A DNA stretch of 64,000 nt, from NCBI GenBank assembly GCA_043228905.1, contig JBHGNT010000021.1:3658001-3722000 (forward strand), written 5' to 3'. How positions within the stretch are numbered: the first letter of the stretch is position 1; each line of letters begins with the position of its first letter. Both the position numbers and the translations under genes were made by a program. Below, piece by piece: positions 24,109 through 46,011 of the stretch. Source of the DNA: Azolla caroliniana (lineage: Eukaryota; Plantae; Polypodiophyta). Under the pieces are notes generated by a model. It was not told the origin of the DNA. It ran no database searches and was given only the letters and a program-made list of their open reading frames with translations.

Positions 24109-27100
24109 ACATGCTTTTATACCTATTTACAATGAGGTTGGGCTCTTTTCATAGCAGGGTGACCATTTCACTACAAGCATTTTTTGTAAGATTTACTCTA
24201 TCCCACGCTTTTTCTATCATCCTCTTGAGCTTTATGTACATTCTTGGTGCCAATGTCTTCATGGTTCTTGATTCAAATGGCAAAATTTCCTTAATAAGGG
24301 TTTCTCCATTTCCTTAGGTTGAGTGCAACGATGGAAGGACATGAGATTTGTCCCCTAGGATTTGTTGTTAATCATGATTTACAAACGTAAAATACAATGA
24401 AAACAAAGAAAACAAAAAATTGACTCAACAATTAAGGTTGGTGCTAGTTATTCCTCACCTCCCTAACTTATACATAGTCGTGGGGGCTTACGAAAAGCCC
24501 ACCATTAGCTTCGAGCGGTGGTTTTAAGCCTTCACAAGAATACTAAATATGTAGTGTCTTTTAATGTTTGTATTGAAAGCTAGTGTTACTCATGTGCTCT
24601 TCTCGAGGACCACCTTGAGGTCAATGGGTGGGAACATGTCATCATCAACCCTTTTATATGTGAGAGTGAGTGTCAATCACCCTCAAGGTACAAAACCTTA
24701 ATCTTACTCCATAACTTAATCACTTACACAAAACTAGATTTTACCACTTAATCATGAACATACTTTACTATGTTTTCGTATAATCAAAGAAAAGTGAAAG
24801 GTTAAGAAATGATTAACAAGCTCTAGCTTTCATTAGTATGCTTCATATCATTACAAGCTTTACAATGGGCTAATGATGGAGGGATTGGGAGTGTCACTCC
24901 CTAATTACAAACGCCATGTTATACTTGATTGGATCGAAACACTTTCCTCTCCACTTCATGGAACAATCCAAGTGTTGAGGGTGTTTTAAGCCAAACTAAA
25001 ATTAATACACAACTAATCACTATATTATTAAGGATATTTTTTTCTTAGTTAAATAGATAACTATAAGATTAAAAACTTATGAATTGTATTAATTAAATAA
25101 CTAAATAAAAAACATGTATGTCGCAATTAATTAATGTGGAAAAGCTACATGGAGGGAAGTAGTTCTTAGTTTATGGAAAAGGGAGAGAACAAGTATCAAA
25201 AGGTGGCCATGAAGTCAGGGCATAGTTCATTTTTTACATGAGAGCTCTTACACAAGTTGGAAACCCTAAAGGGTTCCTTCCAAAATACAAGCACATTGGG
25301 CGCAAGCCATTGTCACCTAATAAAGAGTACTTTCCACAAATTATATATGTCAATGGTTTCAATCAATATTTGGCCTATGACCAATATTCTTGATAGAAAA
25401 TGGTAAACTTCATAGGGTTGTTAAAATCAAGGAATATAACTATTTCCTTAACATAATTCTTTTTGTAAAATCACGCAAAATAACATGGTGTGAATTGTAG
25501 TACTCAATAATGTGAGTGTTCCTAATAAATATTCTTCTATTAGTAAGTGCTTGTAATAGTGTGGACTTCACAAAACTTGTCTCGTATTTGTAAGTGATTA
25601 TGTCTACCATTGATACAAATAATTAGCCTATGTAACTAATGTATAGTTTTAAATATTTCATGCACACTCTACTCATGTTGGGTGGCTTCACTATTATTCA
25701 GCCTTTACATGAATAGCTTTAATAGACAATTTTAACTAATAAACCACTTTTAACTTTGATTGTGTAAAGATATTGCTCAAACTAATAGAGGTTCGTTTGA
25801 TGCTATACTAAAGACGAAGGGTTTACAAGAAGATTTCATTGTATAATATATAAAAGGATATGGCATCGATATAAATATCCTTTTGGAAAACCTTGTATGT
25901 TTTTTTTTCAAGATTCAAACATGCACATGCATTTTAAAATTTGCCTCGTGTCCAAAATATTCGTAATAAATGTGTCAAAGTAAGTAACGTACAAAGTCGT
26001 CAAACACAAACAAGTAGTGAGACAATCAAGCAAGATTTTAAATGAGGCTTTCTCACTGATTTACTCATAACCATTTCATTCTTATTTGCACTTGTTTCAT
26101 CATCTTTGTAATCATGTTCATGTCAACCTTGACACTAGAGAAGTAGGGATCACACAATATGTGATCTTGTTATGAGTATATGATCACATAACATGCCATC
26201 CACATTATGTATGACTTTATAGACAAAATATTTATACAAGTACGAGATCATACCACACGTAGTCCGCAATATGTATGAACTCATCTTCAAAATCTTGATC
26301 CAAAGCCACAATCACTTAGTTGCTAGTTCATCGTATGTATCGAATTGTCAAACATGAGAATGCTATATAGAACACCAAATAACGACGATATGATATGTGG
26401 ATGTTTTATAATGTTCTAAATTGAGAAGATAGACGTAAACTTGTGTATGTTCATTAATAATCAAAAGAAGCTCATAAGTAATCTTAACTTAATTAATCAT
26501 CTAAACATTCTTCTATATAATTACATTTTATGCATGGGAATTTGCCTTTTCCCAATATAGTTATGATGTGAAGTCTTAATAATTAACAAGGCATATGAAT
26601 TAGGTTAGTTAAAGCTAAGTCTTCTTAATCTCAGGTAAGGTCTATTCCCTTCAAATTTTTTGAACATTGCTTTCAACTATTACCAGTTTCTCAGAATGTT
26701 AAACTTTGGGGATTGGTTTTTCATTGTAGTTTTCCTGTGTAGATACTTGACCACTTCATGACATGAGTATTTCCATTCATCATCTTTCTCATCTCATTCC
26801 CTGATGGCTCATATTGTGTTAAAAGAAGGGATCGTGCCTTTGAATCCTGAGGAACCTCTTCTCCACCATGCAAGCTTGCCACGTTCTATCCCATAGATGT
26901 ATGGCCATCACACATGTTGATCTATTTGAACACACAACAAATTTTGAAGTGCATAGATAATGCAAATAAGGGTTTTTAGGACACAAGGGATTTGCGCAAT
27001 CCAAGGAAACCCATGCATAGTTGATGATTCTTGATGAAGTTGGAGAACCCACGAACATGACTCGTATATATTGTTGATCCATGACAACTTTCTTTCAAGT

Positions 27101-27117
27101 CTGAACCACGAATCTCT

Positions 27118-27285
27118 AGACATAACTTTCTTCATGTCCAAGCAAGTGAATTTTGGAAAATCGATGAATCGTTATACATAACTTTCTTCATGTCCAATCA
27201 AGTGAATTTTGGAAAAAACCAATGGATCTCTATACACAACTTTCTTCATGTCCAAGCAAGTGGATTTTTTGGGAAATCGATGAAT
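27118..27285. repeat. About 59-bp tandem repeat x3 directly downstream of the orphan ORF stop
   Basis: AACTTTCTTCATGTCCAA(G/T)CAAGTG(A/G)ATTTT(T)GG occurs three times. Confidence 0.85.
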
Positions 27286-27290
27286 ATCAA

Positions 27291-28061
27291 TCAAGTAGTA
27301 CCTGAATCTTTCCGTCCATCATTCTCACGATCAAATACATAAGTTTGTCTTCTCGAATTAGCTTCGTAACCATTCTCGCGGTCAAATGCATAAGTTTGTC
27401 TCGACCTAGTTGCCGACGCTACCGATGCTTGCTCTTCGAGGGTATGTACCTTGTCCACAAGCATGGCTTCGGATTTACGCAAGGATCGTACTTCCTGGGT
27501 CAATGCCGATGTTTTCTCCTTCTCGAGCTGCATCATCTTGGAGAGCTCCCACAGGAGATGGTCTGAATTCTCCTGTTTCCGTTGCATGGAGTTGATGTGT
27601 TCCAACATAAGCTCGAAGGATGAGGAGCTACCGATCGAACCATGGCTGTTCTCATCACCGTAAGCCCTTCCTTCGAGGGAGAGAACTCTTTCTTTGAGGA
27701 ACTTGTCCGACATGCGGAGCACTCGGATCTCGTTCTCCATGGCCCGGATCCTCTCCCTCTCGGCGAGCAAAGTAAGGTGGAGATCCTCGATGACTTCTTC
27801 CAAAGCTTCAGTCGGGACAAAAGATCGAGTGGCAACCGCGAATTCTGAGGAACTTTGTTGTTGTTGTCTTCTTCGTGCTGTGGCCGAGAAGCTCGATTGG
27901 CGAGTAGGATTGGAGGAGGAGGCGATCGGCTTCTTGAAGAAGGCGTTGATCAGTATCTGTTTGCTTTGTTGAGGCAGCAGGCCGGTTATGGAGGAGAAGT
28001 AAGGCACGCCCGCGGAGAAGACAAAGAAACTCAAGGTAAAGAGAAGGAGCTGGAAATTCAT
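27291..28061 (-). CDS. Hypothetical intronless 256-aa protein with hydrophobic N-terminus and two related coiled-coil repeats
   Basis: 771-bp open frame, GC-richer than its flanks, with heptad-patterned segments and an internal protein-level duplication. I do not recognise the family, and the start codon is uncertain. Confidence 0.55.
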   Translation of the reverse strand: MNFQLLLFTLSFFVFSAGVPYFSSITGLLPQQSKQILINAFFKKPIASSSNPTRQSSFSATARRRQQQQSSSEFAVATRSFVPTEALEEVIEDLHLTLLAERERIRAMENEIRVLRMSDKFLKERVLSLEGRAYGDENSHGSIGSSSSFELMLEHINSMQRKQENSDHLLWELSKMMQLEKEKTSALTQEVRSLRKSEAMLVDKVHTLEEQASVASATRSRQTYAFDRENGYEANSRRQTYVFDRENDGRKDSGTT

Positions 28062-28194
28062 ATACAGGAGGAGGTGGAGGATGGAATCGAGAGGTGAGAC
28101 GAAATCCGACTGGACTGTCTGTCAAGGGTGAGGGATGGGAGGCAGATAGCAAGGCAATCTTTTCTGTTCATGGAAGGGTTTTAGGGTTGATCCA

Positions 28195-28571
28195 TGGATG
28201 AACATATTCAGAACGCCATCATATATCACACACACATATATGCACACCAACAATTAGATAGCCTGAACAAAACAAAAAAATTTATCTGGTAATCAGAAGG
28301 ATCCCATTCCCTTCCAAAATTTCATCATCATCATCATCATCATCATCTTCTTCTTCCCCTTATGATTATTATAGGTTCAAGATCTTGGATGAACATATTC
28401 AGACCGCGATCATATATCACGCACAAATATACACACCTACAATTAGATAGCCTGAACAAAAAAATAAATTTATCTGGTAATCAGAAGGATCCCATTCCCT
28501 TCTAAAATTTCATCACCATCATCATCATCTTCTTCTTCGTCTTCTTCTTATGATTATAGGTTCAAGATCTT
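28195..28571. repeat. About 191-bp tandem duplication containing (CAT)n(CTT)n
   Basis: TGGATGAACATATTCAGA...CAATTAGATAGCCTGAACAAAA...GGTAATCAGAAGGATCCCATTCCC...TATAGGTTCAAGATCTTG starts at 28195 and 28386. Confidence 0.9.
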
Positions 28572-28897
28572 GCAGGGGAGGGAAGACAAACAGAAAACAA
28601 GGCGAAGAGAGGAGATTTCCTTGTGTAGGAGAGGCATGGCATGGCGGTCTGTGGTCTGTGCGTGTGCGAGTGCGTGTGCGTGAGCGTGTGTCAGCACGTG
28701 TATGTCTGTGTGTGGTGTGAACGCTCTGAACAGGAAGGAAATCGCAGGAAATCGCAGGGGAAACTTCTCGTGGGGTTTCCTCTGTTTAACGAAGGAAGAA
28801 AATAGAAAGAACAAACAAAATTGAAATTTTACTCAAATAAGAAAAGGAAGAAGAAAGTCAAGTCTCTAAAGGAAGGGAGGACCCAGAACAAGCTCAG

Positions 28898-28932
<35 letters not shown>

Positions 28933-30720
28933 TATTTTCCCAGTCCATATGTTGGTCCATAATTTCCCCTCTAGGCAACTGTACGCATGTACTCATTTGA
29001 TTCGTCCGCTCCTCCTTTCGTTCTTTCCTTGTCCATTCGCTCGCCCATCCTTTCCCCGAAAATGCCCGTGCATGCGCTTATGTTTTCACTGCTCGCACTC
29101 CTCTTCATGATTCCTGTTTCTCACTCTCCGGATCGGCCCCTTTCGAGACTCATCCCTTTCTTTCTTCTCCATCCATCACAACTGACGCTTAATGAGCTCT
29201 TTTTATATTTGCGTCGAGTTCTACCCCTCCCCCCATTTCTTCTCTCTTTCAGGGTGGGGGTTGACCGATTCACACATGGCAAGCTCATTTCTCCACCTCT
29301 CTCTTCTTACAAGGGGCAACTTGACCAGTTCACCACAACAATAGGGGCCACCATTTAGATGATGTGTGGACTACTGACATGTTACATGCATGAATCTTTG
29401 GCTTCCCCAAATACCCTCTCCATGTTGATGGACTTGATGGACATGACACCAAGGTTCTTGATCAAACAACAAGTCATTGTTGAATTATATCCCCGAACCT
29501 AGAAAAGACAATCTAGAGCCTAAAAATGCGACCAATCACCAATGAGTGCACTTCCATTATCATGAAATCAAGGAACTCGTGAACCCTTTATTAGATGGTG
29601 ATGTACATGAAGAGTACAACCTTCTGTCCATAAGCGAATCATTTAGTAAATTCTACTAATAATGGAAAATTGAATGAACTAGGATCACATGCCCAATTCC
29701 ATCCTTTAGGAAATAATATCACACCCACCCAAGGGGTGGACTTTTTAAGTCCCGTTGAATGACTTTATTGTACATTGTAAAGTATGTTGGGCTATAGAGT
29801 CTTGACACTTGCATGGTTATCAAACTTTTTTAGACTACATGCATAGATCATGCATTGTAATATGATGATGTATAAACCAAATGAATTAGAGATTTGAAAT
29901 CAAAGCCAACCCATCACAGATATCAAATTTACACCTTGTAACGTGCTCACTAATTTGACATCTATTCTCAAATGCATGCAAAACTGGATAGTTTCAAACT
30001 AGAGGTTTATAGTGATATAATATTTCAAACAAATCAATGAAAGACAAATCATATTTCATTAATACATTAACCAATTGTTCATTTTATGTTGACGTCTATA
30101 GGTTGGTGTGACTTCTTCCGAGATTATATTCTAACTCTAGGTGAAGCGGATTACATCCTAAATCTAGTTCAAGCTTGCCATGTGATCTTCATTGTGCCTG
30201 GGAAGGACTTCTTTGCACAATTATGGGATTACAAGCTAGCGTACGCCCCAATTCTGACATGAGTGCCAACATTCAGACAATGTTTCATCATAAGCAATTT
30301 AATCTCATCTTTGCAGCACAAGCATAGAATCTTCACAAAATGTTTGTGGGGTACACTTTGCAACCAATTCACTCGTAAGCGCTAGAGACACAAATTTGAA
30401 GACTAAGTATTTGATTTCCCCCCAAATTTTTGTCCTATAAACTTCACAACCCATTCCACTTATAAGAATGGGTGAGAATAAGTTTGAAACACAAGTTTCC
30501 AATTCTAATTCCTGTAAACTTTTGACGAAATAAACTGTACAACGCACTCAATTATAATAACTCGAGATGCAGAATTTTGGACCAACAGCTCTGATTCCTG
30601 TCAAGCTCATCCATTGTACATAATAGCATTGCTATAAATATAATTCTGCCTTCCCACATTAACATGCATAGCCAGGAGAACAATAATGGTTGTATAGAAC
30701 AAACTAAAATGCTGCCGAAA

Positions 30721-30801
30721 AACTGATTCTCTTTCCTTGCAAGGTGTTCATCGAATCCAGTAACTGATTCTCTTTCCTTGCAAGGTGTCCATAGAATCCA
30801 G
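30721..30801. repeat. 41-bp tandem duplication in the VPS55 3' region
   Basis: AACTGATTCTCTTTCCTTGCAAGGTGT...GAATCCAG starts at 30721 and 30762. Confidence 0.85.
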
Positions 30802-30930
30802 ATTGACGAATTTACAAACTCAAAATCGCGATGCATCTTCAAACTCAACCATATACATCAAAAGATTGAAGATTTTTTACAAATTCATGATTCATCCTTC
30901 ACTAGAAGTAATGTCACTAGTGAATCACAA

Positions 30931-31870
30931 TCACCATTCATCTTCAGCAGTAAAGTTAGTAAATAAAATAACAGCACAGAAGAGAATGAAAGTGGATGTG
31001 AAAACCATGCACATCGATCCCACTTGGATGAGCCCAGTATGGCACAAAATCGAGGGGATAGCGATGCTCCCAATTCCAGAGAAACCAGTCAAGAATTTTG
31101 CTGCATCTGCCCAGCTTTTCCAGAAACACCATGGAAAACAAGATGCAACAAAAAAAGATTAGGGAGATGTGGATCCTAAATATCCTCGCTTAAACAAACA
31201 ACACACCAAAAATATATGAAGAAAGAAGAAGGGGCGCCTACTCTCCAGCATCCCCTGAACTGATGAAGTCAGCTGAGCCATTTTCAACAAACAAGCATGG
31301 AATAGGAACCATGATGTACATAAGAACTGCAATCACCATTGCCTTCAAAATGAGCCAAAGAAATATGGAAGGCATACATGTGAATGTGGATGTGTAGATA
31401 CAAAGAAACAAACACACCACACACACACACCCAAGGTACATATATGCTCATACTTGCATACAAATATGTATAATCAATACACTTTCAAACTTACACATAC
31501 ATCCATACATTCATAAATGAAAGGTGCATATGTGTGTGTACAACGAGAATTGTGGTTGATGATGGCCATGGCAGAGAAAACATGACAAGTTTCTGCATTA
31601 GGATTACCTGTCAACATGGGCCACCAATTGTTGTACAGGGCACAGGCCTAGCATATGGGAACAAAATCTGATGTTTTCATGGTGTTACATTTTACAAAGA
31701 AAACAACATAAAAAAACCCAGATCTTCTCAAGCACAGAAAAAACCCGCAAAAAAAACTAGAGGACCTCACCAGAATCTGCAGAAGACAAGCAGAGAAGAA
31801 CATGAGGGAGATAGCTGCGAGGCTGAAAGATTGAAAAACAGAAACAAAAATAACTCTGTTGAATCTGTGT

Positions 31871-31915
<45 letters not shown>

Positions 31916-31987
31916 AGTGAGAGAGAGAGAGCGAGAGAGACCGAGAAACAGAGAGACTTACACAGTATTTCTTGATGAAGATCCCAT
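30931..31987 (-). CDS. VPS55: Vacuolar protein sorting 55 (VPS55/OB-RGRP family), 128 aa; exons 31962-31987, 31771-31822, 31608-31647, 31242-31326, 30931-31114
   Basis: Spliced product is MGSSSRNTVLAAISLMFFSACLLQILACALYNNWWPMLTVLMYIMVPIPCLFVENGSADFISSGDAGDWADAAKFLTGFSGIGSIAIPSILCHTGLIQVGSMCMVFTSTFILFCAVILFTNFTAEDEW*. LQILACALYNNWWPML and WxDAAKFLTG are Vps55 hallmarks. All introns are GT-AG and the phases sum to 387 nt. Confidence 0.93.
31876..31940. repeat. (TG)n/(AG)n compound microsatellite in VPS55 intron 1
   Basis: Directly visible dinucleotide runs. Confidence 0.9.
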
Positions 31988-33291
31988 GCTTGAAATGTTA
32001 AGCCTTCTTCTTGATTTGGTTGATGAAATCAAACACTTGGGAAGAGTATTGAAAATGGTCTTCCGAAAAACTCATTGCAATGCTAAACTAAGACATATCC
32101 TGATTTGATGGACTTGGGCGCTTGTTCCGATAAAATACATTTGCCATACCATGGTAAAGGAACAAAATTTACTGAAAAAGTAAACCAGCATGGAGTTCTC
32201 TATATCGTTTTTGGTATTTTCTTGTTGTTCTTGATCGATTTTGATCATTAAAAAGGAAACTCTAACACTGTCAGAACATTATTTTCCTTCAAACAATGTC
32301 TTTACTAGAAAATTGCAAAGGTTTTTATAAAAACATAAACATTTATCATCAAAGACTACAAAGATGAACAGGGAAATTTGTACAGTTTCTCAACATTGGG
32401 TAATAAAGGGAATGTTAACAGTTTTGAATCGTTGGGTTGTAAAACAGGAATTCGCAAGGTCAAGACTTTAATATAAAATTAACAACCTCCAAATGTAAAC
32501 TTCAATGCACATTTCAAGAAGAAAGGATAAATTTGGAAGCAAAGAAATCTGGAAATCTGAAATCTGGATTACATACAGTAATGAGCTCACAAACCCATCG
32601 CTTCTAGTGTACAAATATTCTACTCTACCACATTACATACGTATGTGTTTGGACATCATGTGATCGTTTCTAATATTCATTTTCATCTCACTATGTCTAA
32701 ATTTTTTGTCAACTTCTGAAACCTAGAACACCATATACAACAAAATTTAAGAAGTAAATTTCCTTTCAACATACACCATCTTCCCAACAATGACAACAAA
32801 ATCAATACCAATTCTATGAGTGAGTATCAAAAATTTATTGTTAGTTTAATAAACTTCATACTTTTGCATAAAAATATGACATTCAATAAATAAACATAAG
32901 CGCACTGTTGAGAAGCATCACCTATATATATAACAATCCTCCAAGATTTTCACCTGGACCTGAAGTTGCTGAACAGAGTTCTTCATTGGTTTAAGAATAA
33001 TAATAATATACAGGTGTTTAGGCAGAAAATTACATTTCCAAGCCTTCCCATCCATAAACCAATACAATGAAGAGAAAAAATAGCAAATTAGTAAAAAGAA
33101 TCAATCTGCGACTGTGGCTCCTTTAAAATTTTCTATCTAGGTCATGATCTGCAATTTGCAGGATCTTAGTTAATGTAAGGAATTGGCTTAAGGTAATTGC
33201 ATGGGTTCACAGCAATGTATTCTCTAGAGCCATGACTCAATGTGCCTAAAATCTAACAAAAAATTGTGTAAGATGGATTTCTCTTTCCCTC

Positions 33292-41082
<7,791 letters not shown>

Positions 41083-41270
41083 GGATACCCAACTAAAAAA
41101 TAAACTGTTGGTTTCGTTTTTTTTTAAATTAGGGCTAATGGAAAAATATATGAACCCAAGGCCCTCTTCATCATCAAGGGCTAAGATTTCATCACTTGAA
41201 ACCTTTGCCATTCGTAGAGTTAAAAAAGTTTTTAACATTTCGGACAGCCCAAACAAATGTCCGGCTCGTA

Positions 41271-41714
41271 ACAATCGGCCACGGTTCGAACCGAACCGTT
41301 TAATTTTTTTGAAACCTGAACCAAACCAAACCGAACCACGAAACCGTTAAACCGAACCGTGAAACATTTTTCAAACCATTAAACCTTTAAACCGTAAATA
41401 TCACGGTTTCGTGGTTCGGTTTTGGTTTTCAACATAAGTCTAATTTTTAATTTTTAATTTTTAATTGTTTAAAATTTATAAGATTTCATTTTTTTAAATT
41501 TTTACAATTTTTAAGATGTTCCTAAAATGTGAGAATAAGGTCTAAAAATGAAAGGATTGTTTAAAAACAATTTTTAGATTTTTTTTTTTAAATTGTAAAA
41601 ATAAAAAACCGTTTAACTGTTTAAACCGCGGTTTTTGACTATTGAAACCGAACCGAACCGGTAAACTGCGGTTTCACTGTTCGGTTTAGTTCAAACCGAA
41701 CCGTTGCCGATTGT
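41271..41714. mobile_element. MITE-like inverted-repeat element (444 bp) in the QTRT1 promoter
   Basis: Terminal inverted repeats ACAATCGGCCACGGTTCG / CGAACCGTTGCCGATTGT match at 17/18 and are flanked by TA on both sides. There are many subterminal AACCG/CGGTT motifs and a very AT-rich core. Superfamily is uncertain. Confidence 0.8.
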
Positions 41715-42792
41715 TACCAGCTCATCTCTTAACGAAATTTCCGGCAAAACTTCCATAGAGGCGCTATTGGCCGCCATTCAGTTTCCTCGGGGTGCTTTGG
41801 TCCAAACCGACCTAGAGGTTGGGGGGAGGGGGGGGGGGGTTGAATTGCTACCAACATGTGCCTTTCCCAAACCATTGATGATGTGTGTTGAGGTCCACGG
41901 GTTGGTAAGCAATTTATCATTTATATTGACCAATTGCATCAATCTCATGTGTTCTTGTGATGAAGGATTTTTTATTTTTCTCTCTATAGTTTTCATGTTC
42001 ATTGTCTTTGTAACACTACTTTTAGATGAAAGCAAGTGAAATGCAAATATACGCTCTTTCATATATGTTCGCGTTGGGGTTAAGGGGCACTGCCTCCACT
42101 TGACCACAACAAAAAAATTGTAAAGGGCATACATAGCTTATAAATCTATTGGTGTGGTCAAGTGGCACCAATTGTTACAACTTACAAATATAATTCTACA
42201 AAAAGGCGTACCTTGTGGATTTATTGGTGTCACGACCCTACAAATATAATTTTAGAAAACTACAAATATAGAGATTCATAAGTACCGTTGAATTAGATTG
42301 GTTTGAAGCTTTGCTTTACTTCTTTTGCATTTGTGTGACATTTTGATTTTGTGTGAGTACGAGTGGACATTTGTAAACCCCCCCCCCCTCCCTCTAACAA
42401 GGATGTGACGTCACGCGTTGTGTAAGATTACTTTGGTTATGCTTTTCTTGATATTGGTGATAGATGCTCGCAACTCTACGAAGAGCATTGGCAACATCAT
42501 AAGCATGTTCTCAAGCATAATCACGAGCAAATGACATTTCCAATACATTGCATAATGATGATGATATTGATGGAATTTAGACTCCAAAGTTTATCGAACA
42601 TCAAAATCCTCACAATCGTTGATCTTGACTAGTAATACGTGTAGTTCTACTAGATCAAGAAAATGATTCACCATGTATGGTTGTAACTAAGAGACATGGA
42701 GGATCAAGCGAAAATTATTTAGTCGCGAAATCTTTATAATTTGTGGGTAACATGGTGAGTGTAGTAGATGTCGATGAATTGCTCAAGGTGAC

Positions 42793-43260
42793 ATGGAGAA
42801 GATATACTTGGATGTGTTCCATGGTGTCCATGAAAGAGACCACTCTAAAAGTAGTAGAATTGTTGAGTTTCTTGACATAGTACATAAATCTACTGGTCTA
42901 AAGAGAGCTCCTGAAAGCAAACAAAGCATGAACTTGTGGGAGCTCGTGAAAGTTGATGAAGCATCAACTTGGAGAGGGCTTGTGAAAATGGATGGATTGT
43001 TGTCCCTAGAAAGGGACATGGACTTAGAAAGGGCTTCATGCAAGTGGATGGAGCATTGTCTCAAAGAGGGCTCAATGAGACAAACAAAGCTTTTGTTTGA
43101 GAAGACCAATGGAGTATTGACATGGAGAGGGCTTAGAAAGAAATTGGAGTGAGGCAACATTGACAACGTTGATGGAGTAAGAAGAAATATTCCGACTCAA
43201 TTTATCACAAACCCTACAAATGGAATGCGAGAAGGATATTAACAAGTCACAATAAAAATT
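42793..43260 (+). mobile_element. Possible highly decayed retroelement (gag-like) remnant
   Basis: Interrupted ORF (ASCKWMEH...LTWRGLRKKLE*) in a TE-like intergenic stretch. The resemblance to retrotransposon gag is weak. Confidence 0.25.
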
Positions 43261-44343
43261 CAAAAAGAGTACAAATCAAATATTAAAGACATGATATATG
43301 TAATGCTACAAAGGGCGCAACAAAATGAGGGATGTGCAATAAGGCACTGCTACTTATTGGTCTTCACATTGAGACCAAAGGCCATGATCTCGTTGTGTTG
43401 ATAAATGAGCATTTCAGACAATAACGATCAATTATGAACATCAACGATTTGCGAACGAGGTGATACTATAATAAGCTTTCTCCGAGCGATGATTAGTAGA
43501 ACACGATCAATACTCCACTCCATTAAAGATCCACGAATCACTACCCTAATGGAGAGGTAAGGAGCTCCTATATTAATTTAATTTGTACATCAACTTGTTG
43601 TGTGGATTGATAGTAGAGCGTTTGTGCAAGAATAAGGGATTGTTTAGTAAACACTTAAAAGTTTGACTAATCGATAAGAGATGTCTCATTATAATTGCTA
43701 GAGAGCAAAGATGAGCTCTGAAAAACCCAACTCTCGTTGTTGATGCTTTCACACAACAATAACAATCACCCATAGGACAAAGATCTACATATAAAGGGCG
43801 AGGAGAAGGAACAATACATCATGGCTTGTCCACCACACATTAGATACATTTTTACTATATTTCCTAATTGACCCACATACGAGCTTTACTCTCATTTATG
43901 CTATCTTTAAGAGCGAGCATGTCACCTAAAGCATGAGGCTAATATCTATCTATGACAAAGAATGCTCCATTCCCTAATTCCGTTTATTAAACATCCGATG
44001 TTCTCGTCTTTCAAGTTTCTACCCTATAAATATATCGATTTATCTAGGCGCACATGTCCTTTGCCAAGTGGTTAAGAAATCGCACCACTCGAAAGGGCGA
44101 GATCACGTTTGGAGAGTTGCATATGTCAGGGTGGTAGGTTTTGGAGAGTTTCCGGGACTGCATGGAAACGAACTATGCACACGAAGAAGATGGTAAGGGG
44201 AAGTTATAGGGGTCAGATCGCGCTCCAGGGCTAGCAAAGGTCTCAAGGAAAATCTCTGAGACATTGAAGAGAATAATGTGTGTGTTTAAAATGTAGAGGA
44301 AGAAGGGGGGGGGGGGGGCTAAGTTTGGAGGTCTTTTTGGGAG

Positions 44344-44440
44344 GTGGGCTATTTATGTAAATTAGTCATACGTTTGGTATTGTTTTGTTTTTTGTTTATA
44401 GCAGTAAAAATCATGTGATATAATTTGGCTTTTAGGGTTT
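44344..44440 (+). promoter_or_regulatory. RPL23 core promoter: site II-like element, TATA-like box and telo-box
   Basis: TGGGCT near 44345, TATATAA at 44417-44423 and TTTAGGGTTT (reverse telo-box AAACCCTA) at 44431-44440, followed by a pyrimidine-rich start region. This combination is typical of plant ribosomal protein genes. Confidence 0.6.
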
Positions 44441-44487
44441 CCTCTCCTGCGTCTTTCCTGCGTTTTGCGCGAGAAGCTGCTGCAGCG

Positions 44488-46011
<1,524 letters not shown>

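Noticed and set aside
41810-42400. Possible solo LTR or inverted-repeat element bounded by poly-G and poly-C tracts
   Set aside because: The symmetry rests on homopolymer runs, and I could not find a TSD or defined termini.
44058-44105. tRNA-Leu-like fragment (TGCCAAGTGGTTAAG...CGAAAGGGCG)
   Set aside because: Spacing is too short, and there is no anticodon arm or B-box. It cannot be distinguished from chance.
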